In this document: piece after piece, positions 34,310 through 47,746 of the stretch
Layout: each line of letters begins with the position of its first letter
Position numbering within the stretch: position 1 is the stretch's first letter
Assembly: GCA_963844035.1 (NCBI GenBank)
Contig: CAWJMT010000035.1
Span: 258,764-322,763, forward strand
Direction of reading: 5' to 3'
DNA: 64,000 nucleotides
DNA from: an uncultured Gemmatimonadales bacterium
Lineage (GTDB): Bacteria; Gemmatimonadota; Gemmatimonadetes; Gemmatimonadales; GWC2-71-9
Made by a program: the position numbers and the translations under genes
Notes under the pieces: generated by a model
Database searches by the model: none
What the model saw: only the letters and a program-made list of their open reading frames with translations
Told to the model about the DNA's origin: nothing

Positions 34310-34325
34310 GTGTTAATTATATGAC

Positions 34326-35685
34326 ATGGCTCCGCTGTTGGATCGCTTCCGTGCCCATCTCGCGCGTACGCGCCTGTTCTCCGAACCCGGTGGGGCGATT
34401 GTGGCCGTTTCCGGGGGCGGGGACTCGCTCGTGTTGCTCGATCTGATGCATCAGGTCGCGGCGGAGTGGAGCCTGAGTCTCACGGCTGCGCACGCGGATC
34501 ACGGGATGCAGGCGGGCAGTCGGGCAGTCGGGCAGGCGGTCAGAGAATTGGCGGAACAGTACAATCTGCCCGTTCGAATTGGGCGAGCTCGAGCTTGGGC
34601 CGGACACGTCGGAAACGGTGGCCCGGCGGGCACGCTATCGCTGGTTGCGGGAGGTGCAGCAGCGCGGCGGCGCCCGTTACCTCGTGACCGCACATCACCA
34701 GGATGACCAGACCGAGACGGTGCTGCTGCGAGTGTTGCGCGGCAGCGGATTGGCGGGGCTCGCCGGGATCCCCGGGCGTGGGCCCGGCGGGCTGGTGCGC
34801 CCGCTGCTCCCGTTCGCCAAGGTAGACCTCGCCGAGTACGCCGCCGCGCGCGGTGTCGCGGTGTACGACGACCCGGCGAATCGCGATCCCCGGCACGCGC
34901 GCTCGTGGGTACGGACCGAGCTGCTGCCGCTCCTGGGCAAGCGGTTCGGTCCGGGCGTGGCCGCCGACGTGCTGCGCTTGGGTCGCCACGCCGCCTGGGA
35001 TCGGCGCGCGTGGGACCACGCGTTGGAACTCGTTCCCGAGCTGTCACTTCGAGCCCACGGCGGTGGTTTTGACGTTGCTCGGGGGGTGCTCGCCCGCTAT
35101 GATCCGGCGTTGGCGGCCGCGTTGCTCGCGGCGGCAGCGCGGCGTGCCGGATTGGTGCTGGGTCCGGGTAAAGCGCGGCAGATGGCGGCCTTCGCCGCCA
35201 AGCCCTCCGGCCGCCGTATGCAGCTGCCGGGCGGATGGACCGCCGAGACGGCGTTCGAACGCCTGCGGGTGTTCCGCGAGGCGGGCCCGGCGCCGCAGGC
35301 GGTGGTGGGTGCGGCCGCACCGGGACGCGCCGTATTCGGTGAGTTCGTCGTGCAATGGGAGATGGCGCCAGCGCCGCGCACGCTCGAGCGGGCGGGTTGG
35401 ACCACCTGGATCGGACCCGATGGTTGGGAGTTGCGTTCCTATCACGCGGGTGACCGCCTGGTGCCGCTGGGCGGCGTGGGGCACCGGCCGGTGCGCCGCT
35501 TGCTGATGGAAGCACAGGTGCCGCGCGGGGAGCGGGGACGATACCCCGTGGTCGCCCGCGGCGAAACGATTCTCTGGATTCCCGGGATCTGCCGGAGTGC
35601 GGCCGACCTCCCGCCGCCGGGAACCGCAGCGGTTCGGCTCGATGTTACCGAGTCCCGTGAGCCTGAAGCAGACCGGCGGGCGTAA
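34326..35685 (+). CDS. tilS: tRNA(Ile)-lysidine synthetase (frameshift near 34575)
   Basis: VAVSGGGDS PP-loop, ARRARY, TAHHQDDQTET, RPLL, DPAN. Confidence 0.93.
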
Positions 35686-36195
35686 GTTTGCGGGCGTCGT
35701 GTTCGACGAGCAGGCCATTGCCGCGCGGGTGCGCGCGCTGGGGCTCGAGATCACGGCGCAGTATCCGGACGGCGAGCTGCTGGTGGTGGGGCTGCTCAAG
35801 GGCAGCTTCATTTTTCTCAGCGATCTGGTGCGGCGGATCGAGCGGCCGTTGCAGGTCGATTTTCTCGTCGCCGCGAGCTACGGCGCCGCGATGACCACCA
35901 GCGGCACGGTGCAGCTGCTCTACGATCCGGAAACCGACCTGGAGGGTAAGCACATTCTGCTGGTCGAAGACATCGTCGAGACGGGAAGCACGCTCAACCG
36001 GATGGTGGCGCTGCTGCGGGAACGACGGCCGAGGAGTCTGAACGTGTGCGCCTTGTTGCACAAGCGTATGGCCGAACGGATGGAGGTGGAGCCGGCGTTC
36101 GTCGGATTTGACGCTCCGCGGACTTTTCTCGTGGGGTACGGGCTCGACCACGCCGAGGACTTCCGGCACCTTCCTTATATTGCGAGTCTGACGTA

Positions 36196-36196
<1 letters not shown>
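35642..36196 (+). CDS. hpt: Hypoxanthine phosphoribosyltransferase
   Basis: [32 protein letters not shown]. Confidence 0.95.
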
Positions 36197-38180
<1,984 letters not shown>

Positions 38181-38184
<4 letters not shown>

Positions 38185-39347
38185 CGGTCACCGCGCTCGC
38201 CGCCCGCACTCCGGAGGCGGTGCGCGCGGCGCTCGCGGCCCGCGGGTGGGAGCCACATCCCGCGTGGCTCGCCGCCTCCGGAGTCCAGTTTCTCCTTCTT
38301 CTCCTCGAGCACATCTCCGAAGCGGAACGCGAAGCGCTGGTGCGCTGGAGCGCCCGCTCGGGTACCGATGTACTGACCGGAGACGGCTGGGCCCTGGTGG
38401 GCGGTGCCGCGAGCCGGCTGGCGCCGCTCGCCCGTCCCGACCGCGTGCCGGAGGGCTTGAGCGGCCTGAGCGTCGAGTTGGCGCGGTTCCTGTCGGCGTA
38501 CGCGGAGCCGCCGCAGGCCTGGGCGATCGCCGGCGGCGAGATCGCGCTCGACTCGCCGGTCCTCATCGGCGTGCTCAATGTGACGCCGGATTCCTTTTCG
38601 GACGGTGGGCGCTTCTCAGGGCTCGATGCGGCGTTGGCGCACGCGGAGCGGCTGAAGGCCGATGGCTGCCACTTGATCGATGTCGGTGGCGAGTCGACCC
38701 GTCCGGGGGCTAGCGCGGTCCCGAACGCGGTGCAGCACGAGCGCGTGGTTCCGGTGGTGGAGCAGCTCGTGCGGCGGGGCCTGGGGCCGATCTCGGTGGA
38801 CACGCGCAGCAGCGCGGTGGCGCGGGCGGCGATCGCGGCCGGCGCTAACGTCGTGAACGACGTATCGGCGGGGGCGTTCGACGTCGAGTTGTTGCAGGTC
38901 GCAGCCCGGGCGGGGGTGGGTCTGATCCTGATGCACATGCGGGGCACGCCCGAGACGATGGATGCGATGGCGACGTACCAGCACGTCGCCGTCGAAGTGG
39001 CCGCGGAGCTGCGCGCGGCGGCCGAGCGCGCGGAGGCGGCGGGGGTGGGCGCGGCGCGGATCGTCCTCGACCCCGGGTTCGGATTTGCGAAGACCTCCGC
39101 CCAGAATTTCCGGCTGCTCGACGAACTGGCGGCGGTCGTGGGGTTGGGCTATCCTGTAGCCGTCGGCCCGTCGCGCAAGCGGTTTCTTGGGAAGGTCACG
39201 GGCCGGCCGGTGGAGGACCGCGACCGGGCGACGGCCGTGAGTTGCGCCCTCGCCTGGGAGCGGGGCGCGCGTCTCTTCCGGGTCCACAATGTCGCCCTCG
39301 CGCGCGAGGCATTGAGTATCGCCAGCGCGACCACGAATCCAGCGTGA
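38181..39347 (+). CDS. folP: Dihydropteroate synthase with N-terminal extension
   Basis: [43 protein letters not shown]. Confidence 0.95.
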
Positions 39348-40144
39348 GCTTCGACTCCTACCAATTTCTCATCCCGCGGCTGTGGCCGGATGTCGTCGAG
39401 ATCCTGCTCGTCGCGTTCGTGATCTACCGCTTCCTCCTGTTCCTCGTGGGGACGCGGGCGATGCAAATCGTCGTGGGCGTGATGATCCTGTCGGTCGCCT
39501 ACTTCGCCGCGCTGTTCGCCAAGTTTCAGATGATCAGTTTCCTGCTGAGCGTCGTGTTCACGTACGGCGCGTTCGCGGCCGTGGTCGTGTTCCAGCCGGA
39601 GCTGCGCAACGCGCTCGCGCGGCTCGGCCAGTCGCGCCTGATGCGCCGGTTCTCCCAGGGCGATCGGCAGTCGGTGGCGGAGGAAATCGCCGAGGCCATG
39701 GACCGGTTGTCGCGCGCCGGCACCGGCGCGCTCATTGCGGTCGAAGGGGACATCGGACTCGAGGAGTTCATCTCGTCGGGCGTGCCGATGGAAGCGAAGG
39801 TGTCCGCCGACCTCTTGACCACCATCTTCACTCCGTACTCCCCGCTGCACGACGGCGCCGTGTTGATCCGCGGCGACCACATCATCGGGGCGGGGTGCGT
39901 GCTGCCGCTCACGCAGTTCAAGGTGACCGACAAATCGCTCGGCACGCGCCACCGCGCGGCGCTGGGGCTCTCCGAGGAGACCGACGCGACCGTGCTCGTC
40001 GTCTCGGAAGAAACCTCCACGATTTCCGTGGCCAGCCATGGCCTGCTGCACCGCAAGCTCACGCCGCAGCAAGTGCGCGACCTCCTCTCCGGGGTGATCT
40101 CGCACCTCGAAGGCGGCGAACGGCTTATCGCCACGCCGGGGTGA
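39344..40144 (+). CDS. cdaA: Diadenylate cyclase CdaA
   Basis: Three TM helices, FQPELR, PLHDGA (DGA) and GTRHRAA (RHR) motifs. Confidence 0.95.
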   Translation: MSFDSYQFLIPRLWPDVVEILLVAFVIYRFLLFLVGTRAMQIVVGVMILSVAYFAALFAKFQMISFLLSVVFTYGAFAAVVVFQPELRNALARLGQSRLMRRFSQGDRQSVAEEIAEAMDRLSRAGTGALIAVEGDIGLEEFISSGVPMEAKVSADLLTTIFTPYSPLHDGAVLIRGDHIIGAGCVLPLTQFKVTDKSLGTRHRAALGLSEETDATVLVVSEETSTISVASHGLLHRKLTPQQVRDLLSGVISHLEGGERLIATPG

Positions 40145-40158
40145 CCGCGCGGCGAGCA

Positions 40159-40187
40159 TTGTTTCACCACGCCGGTAGGGCTAAGTT
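40159..40187 (+). promoter_or_regulatory. Putative sigma70 promoter for the yggS-divIVA-ileS run
   Basis: TTGTTT-17 nt-TAAGTT, 9 nt before the ATG. Confidence 0.5.
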
Positions 40188-40196
40188 CCCACGCTT

Positions 40197-40886
40197 ATGG
40201 ATTTTCGGGCCCTGCCCGAGCGGCTGGCGCAGGTGCGGGCGGAGATCGTCCGGCGGCAGGCCGCCGGGGGGTGGACGCATCCGGTAACGCTCATTGCGGT
40301 GACGAAAGGCTTCGGGCTCGATGCGGTTGCCGCCGCGCTCGCCGCGGGACTGACCGACCTGGGCGAGAACCGGGTGCAGGAAGCGCTCGACAAGATCGAC
40401 GGCTCCGCGGGCCGGGGCGCCCGGTGGCACATGATCGGTCATCTGCAACGCAACAAGGCGCGGCACATTCCGGGCCGGTTCGTGCTGGTGCATTCGGTTG
40501 ATTCGGAAGCGCTGGCGGCTGAGCTGGAACGGCGTGCCGCGGAACAGAATGTGACGGTGCGCGTACTGCTGCAGGTGAATGTGGCGAGGGAAGCCCAGAA
40601 GAGCGGTTGCGACCCGGCGGAGGCCCCGGGGCTCGCGCGGGCAGTGGCCGGCCAGCCGCATCTCAAACTCGACGGCCTCATGACGGTGGCGCCGCTCACC
40701 GAGGACCATGAGGTCCAGCGCCGCACGTTTCGCGAGTTGCGTTTGCTGCGCGACACCCTGCAGGGGGAGGGACTATGGCTGCCGGCACTTTCGATGGGAA
40801 TGACCGGCGACTACGGCGTCGCGATCGAGGAGGGAGCGACGATGCTCCGCCTCGGTACCGCCCTGTTCGGCCCGAGGACGGGGTGA
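40197..40886 (+). CDS. yggS: YggS/PLPBP pyridoxal phosphate homeostasis protein
   Basis: IAVTK, GENRVQE, WHMIGHLQRNK, LSMGMTGD, LRLGTALFG. Confidence 0.95.
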   Translation: MDFRALPERLAQVRAEIVRRQAAGGWTHPVTLIAVTKGFGLDAVAAALAAGLTDLGENRVQEALDKIDGSAGRGARWHMIGHLQRNKARHIPGRFVLVHSVDSEALAAELERRAAEQNVTVRVLLQVNVAREAQKSGCDPAEAPGLARAVAGQPHLKLDGLMTVAPLTEDHEVQRRTFRELRLLRDTLQGEGLWLPALSMGMTGDYGVAIEEGATMLRLGTALFGPRTG

Positions 40887-41356
40887 CCGACGACGGGTTC
40901 CACCTCACCCCGCTGGACATCCGCAAGCAGGAGTTTCGCAAGACGCTGCGCGGTTTCGAGCCGGTGGGCGTCGAAGAGTTCCGCACGCGCGTCGCCGACG
41001 AGCTGGAGCGGATCCTGCGCGAGCGCGCGGTGCTCGAGGAGCGCCTCGAGGCGCTCTCGGAGCAGCTGGCGGTGTTCCGCGAGCGCGAGCGCGCCATGAA
41101 CGACGCACTGGTCGCCGCCCAGCAGCTGCGCGACGAGACGCGGGCCGCGGCCACGAAGGAGGCGCAGCTGATCGTGCGCGAGGCGCAGGGCGAGGCGCGG
41201 CGGATCGTGGATGAGGCGCGCACGGCGGAAGCCGACGTGCGGCGCGAGCTGGCCGAGGTCGAGCGGCAGTATCAGGCCTACCTCGGCGATTTCCGCGGCC
41301 TGCTCGAGCGGCAGCTCGCCGAGCTCAAGGCGCTGGGCGGGCAGCGCGAGGGATGA
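40883..41356 (+). CDS. divIVA: DivIVA-domain protein
   Basis: LTPLDIRKQEFRKTLRGF N-terminal motif followed by a coiled coil. Confidence 0.9.
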   Translation: MTDDGFHLTPLDIRKQEFRKTLRGFEPVGVEEFRTRVADELERILRERAVLEERLEALSEQLAVFRERERAMNDALVAAQQLRDETRAAATKEAQLIVREAQGEARRIVDEARTAEADVRRELAEVERQYQAYLGDFRGLLERQLAELKALGGQREG

Positions 41357-42159
41357 TCGCGGAAGCGGTCCGCGCCGTGCAGGCGCGGATGGCGCTTGCG
41401 CCCGATGTGGCGGTCATTCTCGGTACCGGGTTGGGCGGCCTTGCCGATGAGATGCAGATCGCGACCCGCATCCCCTACGAGGAAATCCCCGGGTTCCCGC
41501 GGGCGACCGTGGAGAGCCACGCCGGCCGGCTGTTGCTCGGGACCCTGGCGGGCCGGCGGGTCGTGGCGATGCAGGGGCGGTTCCACCGCTATGAAGGCTA
41601 CTCCCTCCAACAGATTGCCTTCCCGGTGCGCGTGCTGCACGCGCTGGGCGCACGCCTGCTCGTCGTGTCGAACGCGTGCGGCGGGATGCATCCGCTCTGG
41701 AGCCCGGGCGAGCTGATGCTGATCGCCGACCACATCAATCTGCTGGGCGACAACCCGCTCGTCGGCCCGAACGACGACACCCTGGGGCCGCGCTTTCCCG
41801 ACATGTCGGAGCCGTACGACCGGGAGTTGCGGGCGCTGGCGCGGGCCGTCGCGCTGGAGCAGGGGATTCCGCTGCGGGAAGGCGTGTACGTCGCCGTCCC
41901 CGGACCCAACCTCGAGACCCGGGCCGAGTACCGCATGCTGCGCACGCTGGGCGCCGACGTGGTGGGGATGAGCACGGTGCCCGAGGTGATCGCGGCGGTG
42001 CACGTCGGGATGCGTGTGCTCGGGGTTTCGATCATCACCGACCAGTGCCTGCCCGACGCGCTGCAGCCGGCGACGGTGGAGCGGATCCTCGCGGTGGCAC
42101 GGACCGCCGAGCCCAAACTCACGGCGCTGATTCGCGGCGTGCTCGAGCGGATGAACTGA
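41353..42159 (+). CDS. punA: Purine-nucleoside phosphorylase (trimeric type)
   Basis: ILGTGLG, GRFHRYEG, GPNLETRAE, VGMSTVPE. Confidence 0.93.
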   Translation: MIAEAVRAVQARMALAPDVAVILGTGLGGLADEMQIATRIPYEEIPGFPRATVESHAGRLLLGTLAGRRVVAMQGRFHRYEGYSLQQIAFPVRVLHALGARLLVVSNACGGMHPLWSPGELMLIADHINLLGDNPLVGPNDDTLGPRFPDMSEPYDRELRALARAVALEQGIPLREGVYVAVPGPNLETRAEYRMLRTLGADVVGMSTVPEVIAAVHVGMRVLGVSIITDQCLPDALQPATVERILAVARTAEPKLTALIRGVLERMN

Positions 42160-45100
42160 TGGCGTTCCCGCCGCTCGACCCCAAGCTGTCGGCCGACGCG
42201 CTCGAGAAACAGCTGCTCGCCACCTGGAAGGCCGAGCGGCTGTTCGAGAGCGGCATGGAAGCCGCGCGCTATGGGCCGCCGTTCGTGTTCTTCGAGGGCC
42301 CGCCCACCGCCAACGGCCGGCCCGGAATCCATCACGTCTTTGCCCGCACCATCAAGGATCTGGTCTGCCGCTACCACACGATGCTCGGGCAGGCGGTGAC
42401 CCGCATCGCCGGGTGGGACACGCACGGGCTCCCGGTCGAAATCGAAATCGAGAAACAGCTCAAGATCAGCGGCAAGAAGCAGATCGAGGCGTACGGCATC
42501 GACGCGTTCAACCAGCTCTGCCGGCAGAGTGTCTTCACCTACAAGGCCGACTGGGAGGCGTTGTCGGACCGGATCGCGTACTGGCTCGATTACGAGCACC
42601 CCTACATCACCTACACGAACGACTACATCGAAACGGTGTGGTGGCTGCTGAAGCGCCTGCACGACAAGGCGCTGCTGTACCGGGGCCACAAAGTGCTGCC
42701 GTACTGCCCGCGCTGCGAGACGGCGCTCAGCTCGCACGAGCTGGCGCAGGGCTACGAGACCGTGCAGGCCAACTCGGTGTACGTGACGTTCGCGCTCGAG
42801 TCCGACCCGCGCCGCGTGCTCGTGATCTGGACCACCACGCCGTGGACGCTGCTCTCGAACGTGGCCGTCGCCGTGCACCCGGAGCTCGAGTACGGGGAGT
42901 ACGACGTCGACGGCACCCGCTATATCATCGCGAGCGCGCGCGCGGGGGACGTGCGCGTCGGGGACCGGGCGCTGGCGCGAAGGGACGCGCGTCGCCCAGT
43001 ATCTCGGGCGGGATCTGGTCGGCCAGCGCTACGTGCGGCCGCTCGACGTGGTGCCGCTGCCCAAGGAGGGCCAGCGCGGCGTGGTGGTCGGGGCCGCGTT
43101 CGTGTCGGCGGACGAGGGATCGGGGCTCGTGCACCTGGCCCCCGCGTTCGGCGCCGACGACTACCTCGCCGCGCAGCAGTACGGCCTCGCGCTCGTGAAC
43201 CCGGTTGCGGCGGACGGCACGTTTCAGGACACACGTTGGCCCGAAATCAACGGGAGACTGGTTACCGACAAGGACACGAGCCGGCTGATCATCGACCGTC
43301 TGAAGCGCGACGGCCGCTGGCTGGAAACGCGCCCCCACACGCACACCTATCCCTTCTGCTGGCGGTGCGACTCGGCGCTGATCTACTACGCCCGCACGTC
43401 GTGGTTCGTGCGCACGAGCGCGATCAAGGCGCGGCTGCTCGAGGCCAACGCGCAGGTGGAATGGCATCCGCCCGAGGTCGGGACGGGGCGGTTCGGAGAA
43501 TGGCTCGAGAACAACGTTGACTGGGCGTTGTCGCGCGATCGCTATTGGGGCACGCCCCTGAACGTGTGGCAATGTGACCGGGAAGCCGAGCATCGCGAGG
43601 TGATCGGCGCGTATGCCGAGCTCGCGGAGCGGTGGGGTCACGCGCTGCCGGCGGATTTCGATCCGCACAAACCGCACATCGACAGCTACACGTGGGGGTG
43701 CCGGCAATGCGGTGGCACGATGCGGCGCGTCCCCGAAGTGATCGACGCCTGGTTCGACTCGGGCGCGATGCCGTACGCCCAGTGGCACTACCCGTTCGCA
43801 CATCAGGCGGAGTTCCAGGCGCACTTTCCGGCCGACTTCATCTGTGAGGGGGTGGACCAGACGCGCGGCTGGTTCTATTCGCTGCTCGCGATCGGAGTCG
43901 CGGTGCTGGACCAGCCAGTCTATCGCCACGTGGTGGTGAACGAGCTGGTGCTGGACGCCCAGGGACAGAAGATGTCCAAGAGCCGCGGGAACGTCGTCAA
44001 TCCCTGGAGCGTGCTCGAAGAGCACGGCGCGGACGCGGTGCGGCTCTATCTCATGGGCCAGAGTCAGGTCTGGGTCCCGAAGCGATTCGACGCACTCCAG
44101 ATTCCCAAAATCGTGGGCGGGTTTCTCAACGCGCTGCGCAACTCGTATGGATTCTTTGCCCGCTACGCCGAGCAGTGGCAGCCCGGCGGCGCGGTCCAGC
44201 CGGTGGTCGAGCGGCCGCTCGCCGACCGCTGGCTGCTCGCGCGTCTCGACGAGGTGACCACCGCGGTACGGGAGGCCTGGAACGGCTACGACGTCACGGC
44301 CGGCGTGCGGGCCATCCTCGACTTCGTGGAGGAGGATCTGTCCCGCTGGTACGTGCGGGCCAACCGCGCCCGCTTCTGGGCCCCCGACCGGGCGGCCGAC
44401 GACGCGGCCCTGGCGACGCTGCACGAGGCACTCGTGACCGTGACGCGCCTGCTCGCCCCGGCCGCGCCGTTTCTCGCCGATTGGCTGCACCGCGCGTTGA
44501 CGGGAACCTCGGTCCACCTGGCGCCGTTTCCGGCCGAGCAAGGCCGCCGGGAGCCGGAGCTGATCGCCGCGATGGGGGCGGTACGCAAGCTGGCGTCCCT
44601 GGCGCGGGCGGCCCGTGAGACCCGGGGGCTGAGCGTGCGGCAGCCGGTCGCCACCCTCCAGGTGGCGGTCCCGGCCGCGGTGAAGGGCAGGGCCTTTGCA
44701 GACCTATTAGATATCCTCGCCGCCGAAGTGAACGCCAAGGCGATTGAGGTCGCGGGGTCGGACCACGACCTGGTGCGGCTCAAGGGCAAGGCGGAGTTCC
44801 GCAGCCTGGGGAAACGCTACGCCAAGGACACACCCCGCGCGGCGGCGGCCGTGGCGCAGCTCACCACGGAGCAGCTCCAGGCGCTGGAGCGCGGCGCGCC
44901 CGTGCAGGTCGGGGAGTTCGAGTTTCGACCTGAGGATGTGACCGTGACGCGCGAGGTGGTGAGCGACTGGGCGGTGCAGTCCGATGGGCCGTACGTGGCG
45001 GCCATCGATCCCCGCCTGACGGTGGATCTGCTGCAGGAAGGGCTGGCGCGCGAGGTGGTGAACCGCGTGCAGCGATTGCGCAAGGACGCGGGCTATGACT

Positions 45101-45318
45101 TCGCGACGCGCATCGAGCTGGCGGTCGCGGGCTCGGACGAGGTGATCGCGGCGATCGCGGCGTTCCAGAGCTTTGTCGAAGGCGAGACGCTGGCGCGCAA
45201 GACGGTGCTCGGTGGCGTGCTCGAGGCGGCAGACCTGAGCAGGGAATTGGACATCGAAGGTCGCTCCGTGACCATCGCGGTGCGACGCCACGACGGACGA
45301 AAGGGCGGAACGCGATAA
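42159..45318 (+). CDS. ileS: Isoleucine--tRNA ligase, type 2 (frameshift near 42980-43010)
   Basis: EGPPTANGRPGIHH, GWDTHGLPVE, WTTTPWTL, DWALSRDRYWGTP, EGVDQTRGWF, KMSKS; IleRS2-type C-terminus (EGLAREVVNRVQ). Confidence 0.96.
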
Positions 45319-45768
45319 ATGCCGACCAAATCCCCGAAAGCCAAACCCAAGGCCAAGGGTAAGAGCAAGCCCAAGAGCAAGGGGATGCCCAAGAAGCAGC
45401 TGGCGCATCTCGAAAAGCGGCTGCTCGAGGAGCGGGCGCGCGTCATGAAGGAGCTCGGCCACTATGACGAGTCCTTCAACTCGAGCCTCCAGGCTTCGGA
45501 CGGCGACCTGTCGAGCTACTCCTTCCACATGGCCGATCAGGGGACCGATGCGATGGAACGGGAGAAAGCGTTCCTGTTCGCCTCGCAGGAGGGGCGGTAC
45601 CTCTGGCACGTGAATCAGGCGCTGCGCCGGCTGTACCGCAACCCGGCGACGTTCGGAACGTGCGAGCACTGCGGGGAGGAGATCAGCTTCGAGCGGCTGG
45701 ACGCGCTGCCGCACGCGCGGCTCTGCATCAAGTGCAAGGCGAAAGAAGAAGATGGAAAGCGCCGCTGA
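45319..45768 (+). CDS. TraR/DksA C4-type zinc finger protein (YteA/YlyA-like)
   Basis: GDLSSYSFHMADQGTD coiled-coil tip; CEHC...CIKC zinc finger; Lys-rich N-terminal tail. Confidence 0.88.
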   Translation: MPTKSPKAKPKAKGKSKPKSKGMPKKQLAHLEKRLLEERARVMKELGHYDESFNSSLQASDGDLSSYSFHMADQGTDAMEREKAFLFASQEGRYLWHVNQALRRLYRNPATFGTCEHCGEEISFERLDALPHARLCIKCKAKEEDGKRR

Positions 45769-46267
45769 GCGCCGGCTGTTCTGGGGCACGGCGACCATCA
45801 TCGTCGTCCTCGACATCGTCACCAAGCTGGTGGCTGAGGCGGTGCTCTCCCGCCGCCTCCGCATTCCGGTGATCGGCGACTTCGTGCAGCTGCGCCTGGT
45901 GTACAACGAGTGCGCCGCGTTCGGGCTGTGCCTGGGGGAGTACTCCCGCTGGATCTTCTTCGCCCTGGCGCTGGTCGCGCTGGTGGTGCTCGGATCCATG
46001 GTGCGGGCGGCGCCGCGCGGTGACCGTGTGCGGTTGTTATCCCTGTCGCTCGTGTGTGCCGGCGCCGTCGGCAACGTGATCGACCGGGTGCGCAGCCCCC
46101 TCGGAGTCGTGGATTTCCTGGATGTCGGCATCGGCAACCGGCGCTGGCCCACCTTCAACGTCGCCGACTCCGCCATCACGGTGGGCGCGATCGCCCTCGC
46201 GGTGTCGCTCTGGCTCGAAGGCCGGGCCCAGGACCGCGCGAAGGAGGCTCGGGCGGCCGAGCCGTGA
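45752..46267 (+). CDS. lspA: Lipoprotein signal peptidase
   Basis: LDIVTK, N..AAFG, GAVGNVIDR, VVDFL, FNVAD. Confidence 0.95.
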   Translation: MESAAERRLFWGTATIIVVLDIVTKLVAEAVLSRRLRIPVIGDFVQLRLVYNECAAFGLCLGEYSRWIFFALALVALVVLGSMVRAAPRGDRVRLLSLSLVCAGAVGNVIDRVRSPLGVVDFLDVGIGNRRWPTFNVADSAITVGAIALAVSLWLEGRAQDRAKEARAAEP

Positions 46268-47280
46268 GCGAGACGGTGGTCACGTTCTGCGTGGCCGTCG
46301 CCGAGACCGAACGCCTCGACCGCTTTCTCGCCGAGCAGCTGTCCCTCTCCCGTACGGTTGCCGCCCGTCTCATAGCCGACAAGCGCGTTTCCGCCGACGG
46401 GCGTCCGTTGCGCGCATCAGCGCAGCTGGCCCGGGCCACCGTCGTGTCCGTGTCGTTCCCTCCCACGGCAGAACCCCGCATGTACGCCCCGGCGGCGCGT
46501 GACCTCGCGTTCGTGTTCGAGGACGAGCACATGGCGGTGCTCGACAAGCCGGCCGGCCTCGTGGTCCATCCCGGCCCGGGGCACTGGGACGATTCCCTCG
46601 TCAACGTGCTGACGACTCGCGGCACCGCGCTGGCCCCGGGCGCGGAGCCCGGACGCCCCGGGATCGTGCACCGGCTCGACCGCGACACCTCGGGGCTGCT
46701 GCTGATCGCCAAGACCGATGAAGCGCACCGGCGCCTGGCCCGCGCGATCGAGCAACGCCGGGTGGAGCGCGTGTACGCGGCGGTCGCGTGGGGGCATCTG
46801 GCGAACAAACGCGTGACGATCGAAGCGCCTATCATGCGCAACCCCGCCGACCGGCAGCGGATGACGGTGAAGGCGGGCGGCCGGCATGCCGTCACCTACG
46901 CCGAGGTTGTCGCCCGGTTCGCCCATATCGACCTGTTGCGCGTGCGGCTGGGGACGGGGCGCACGCATCAGATCCGCGTTCACCTGGCCCATGTCGGCCA
47001 CCCGGTGGTGGGCGACCGGGAGTACGCCCTGGGAGGGAGCCGCCGGGTGACCCCGTCGATGCGCCGGGCGGCGGAGCGGATCGAGGAGCTCGCGCCCCGG
47101 CAGCTGTTGCATGCCGCCATGCTCACCTTGGAGCATCCCGTGACCGGCGCGCGCCTGGCGCTCACGTCCGAATGGCCCGTGGAATTGCTCCCGGCCCTGG
47201 CCGAAGGGGCCGAAGATCCCAATTTGCTTGCTCAGCGCAACCCCTTGCAGTATCTTGGCTTCTTCGCTTCTGATGGCTGA
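46264..47280 (+). CDS. rluD: RluA/RluD family 23S rRNA pseudouridine synthase
   Basis: S4-like RLDRFL, KPAGLVVHP, HRLDRDTSG, TGRTHQIRVH. Confidence 0.92.
   Translation: MSETVVTFCVAVAETERLDRFLAEQLSLSRTVAARLIADKRVSADGRPLRASAQLARATVVSVSFPPTAEPRMYAPAARDLAFVFEDEHMAVLDKPAGLVVHPGPGHWDDSLVNVLTTRGTALAPGAEPGRPGIVHRLDRDTSGLLLIAKTDEAHRRLARAIEQRRVERVYAAVAWGHLANKRVTIEAPIMRNPADRQRMTVKAGGRHAVTYAEVVARFAHIDLLRVRLGTGRTHQIRVHLAHVGHPVVGDREYALGGSRRVTPSMRRAAERIEELAPRQLLHAAMLTLEHPVTGARLALTSEWPVELLPALAEGAEDPNLLAQRNPLQYLGFFASDG
47228..47256 (+). promoter_or_regulatory. Putative sigma70 promoter of the che/mgl operon, inside the rluD 3' end
   Basis: TTGCTC-17 nt-TATCTT in a locally AT-rich patch, 16 nt before the cheW ATG. 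Confidence 0.55.
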
Positions 47281-47737
47281 CGGCGGGGTGGTCCGGCTGC
47301 TCGTGTTCCGCGTAGGCGCCCTCGCCTGTGCGGCCGCGGCGGAAACGGTGCGGGAGATCCTGCCGCGCCTGGCAACCACCAGAATTCCGGGTGCCCCGGT
47401 GGTCGTGGCTGGGGTGATCAACGTCCGCGGGAGCTTGGTGACGGTGGTGGAGGGATGGCGGGCGCTTGGCCAGCCGGCGCCGACCGGGGAGACGCCGGAA
47501 GGGGAAACGCCGCCCGGAACCACCGTGGTGCTGGAATTCGCGGGTGGTCGCAAGATCGCCGGCTTTACGGTGGATGAAGTGATCGACCTCCTTTCGGTAG
47601 GCGGCGAGACGCTGGAGCGCCGACAGGCGTTGCCCGGCATCGACCCGGCGCTGGTGCGGGCTGTGGGCCGCCGGAGCGGGCAGCTCTTCGTGGTCCTCGA
47701 TACTGACGCCCTGCTAACCCCAATTCTTGCTTCCTAG
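47273..47737 (+). CDS. cheW: Chemotaxis coupling protein CheW (1)
   Basis: VREIL..TRIPGAP..V.GVINVRG, GFTVDEV. Confidence 0.9.
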   Translation: MADGGVVRLLVFRVGALACAAAAETVREILPRLATTRIPGAPVVVAGVINVRGSLVTVVEGWRALGQPAPTGETPEGETPPGTTVVLEFAGGRKIAGFTVDEVIDLLSVGGETLERRQALPGIDPALVRAVGRRSGQLFVVLDTDALLTPILAS

Positions 47738-47746
47738 GGAGGAAGT

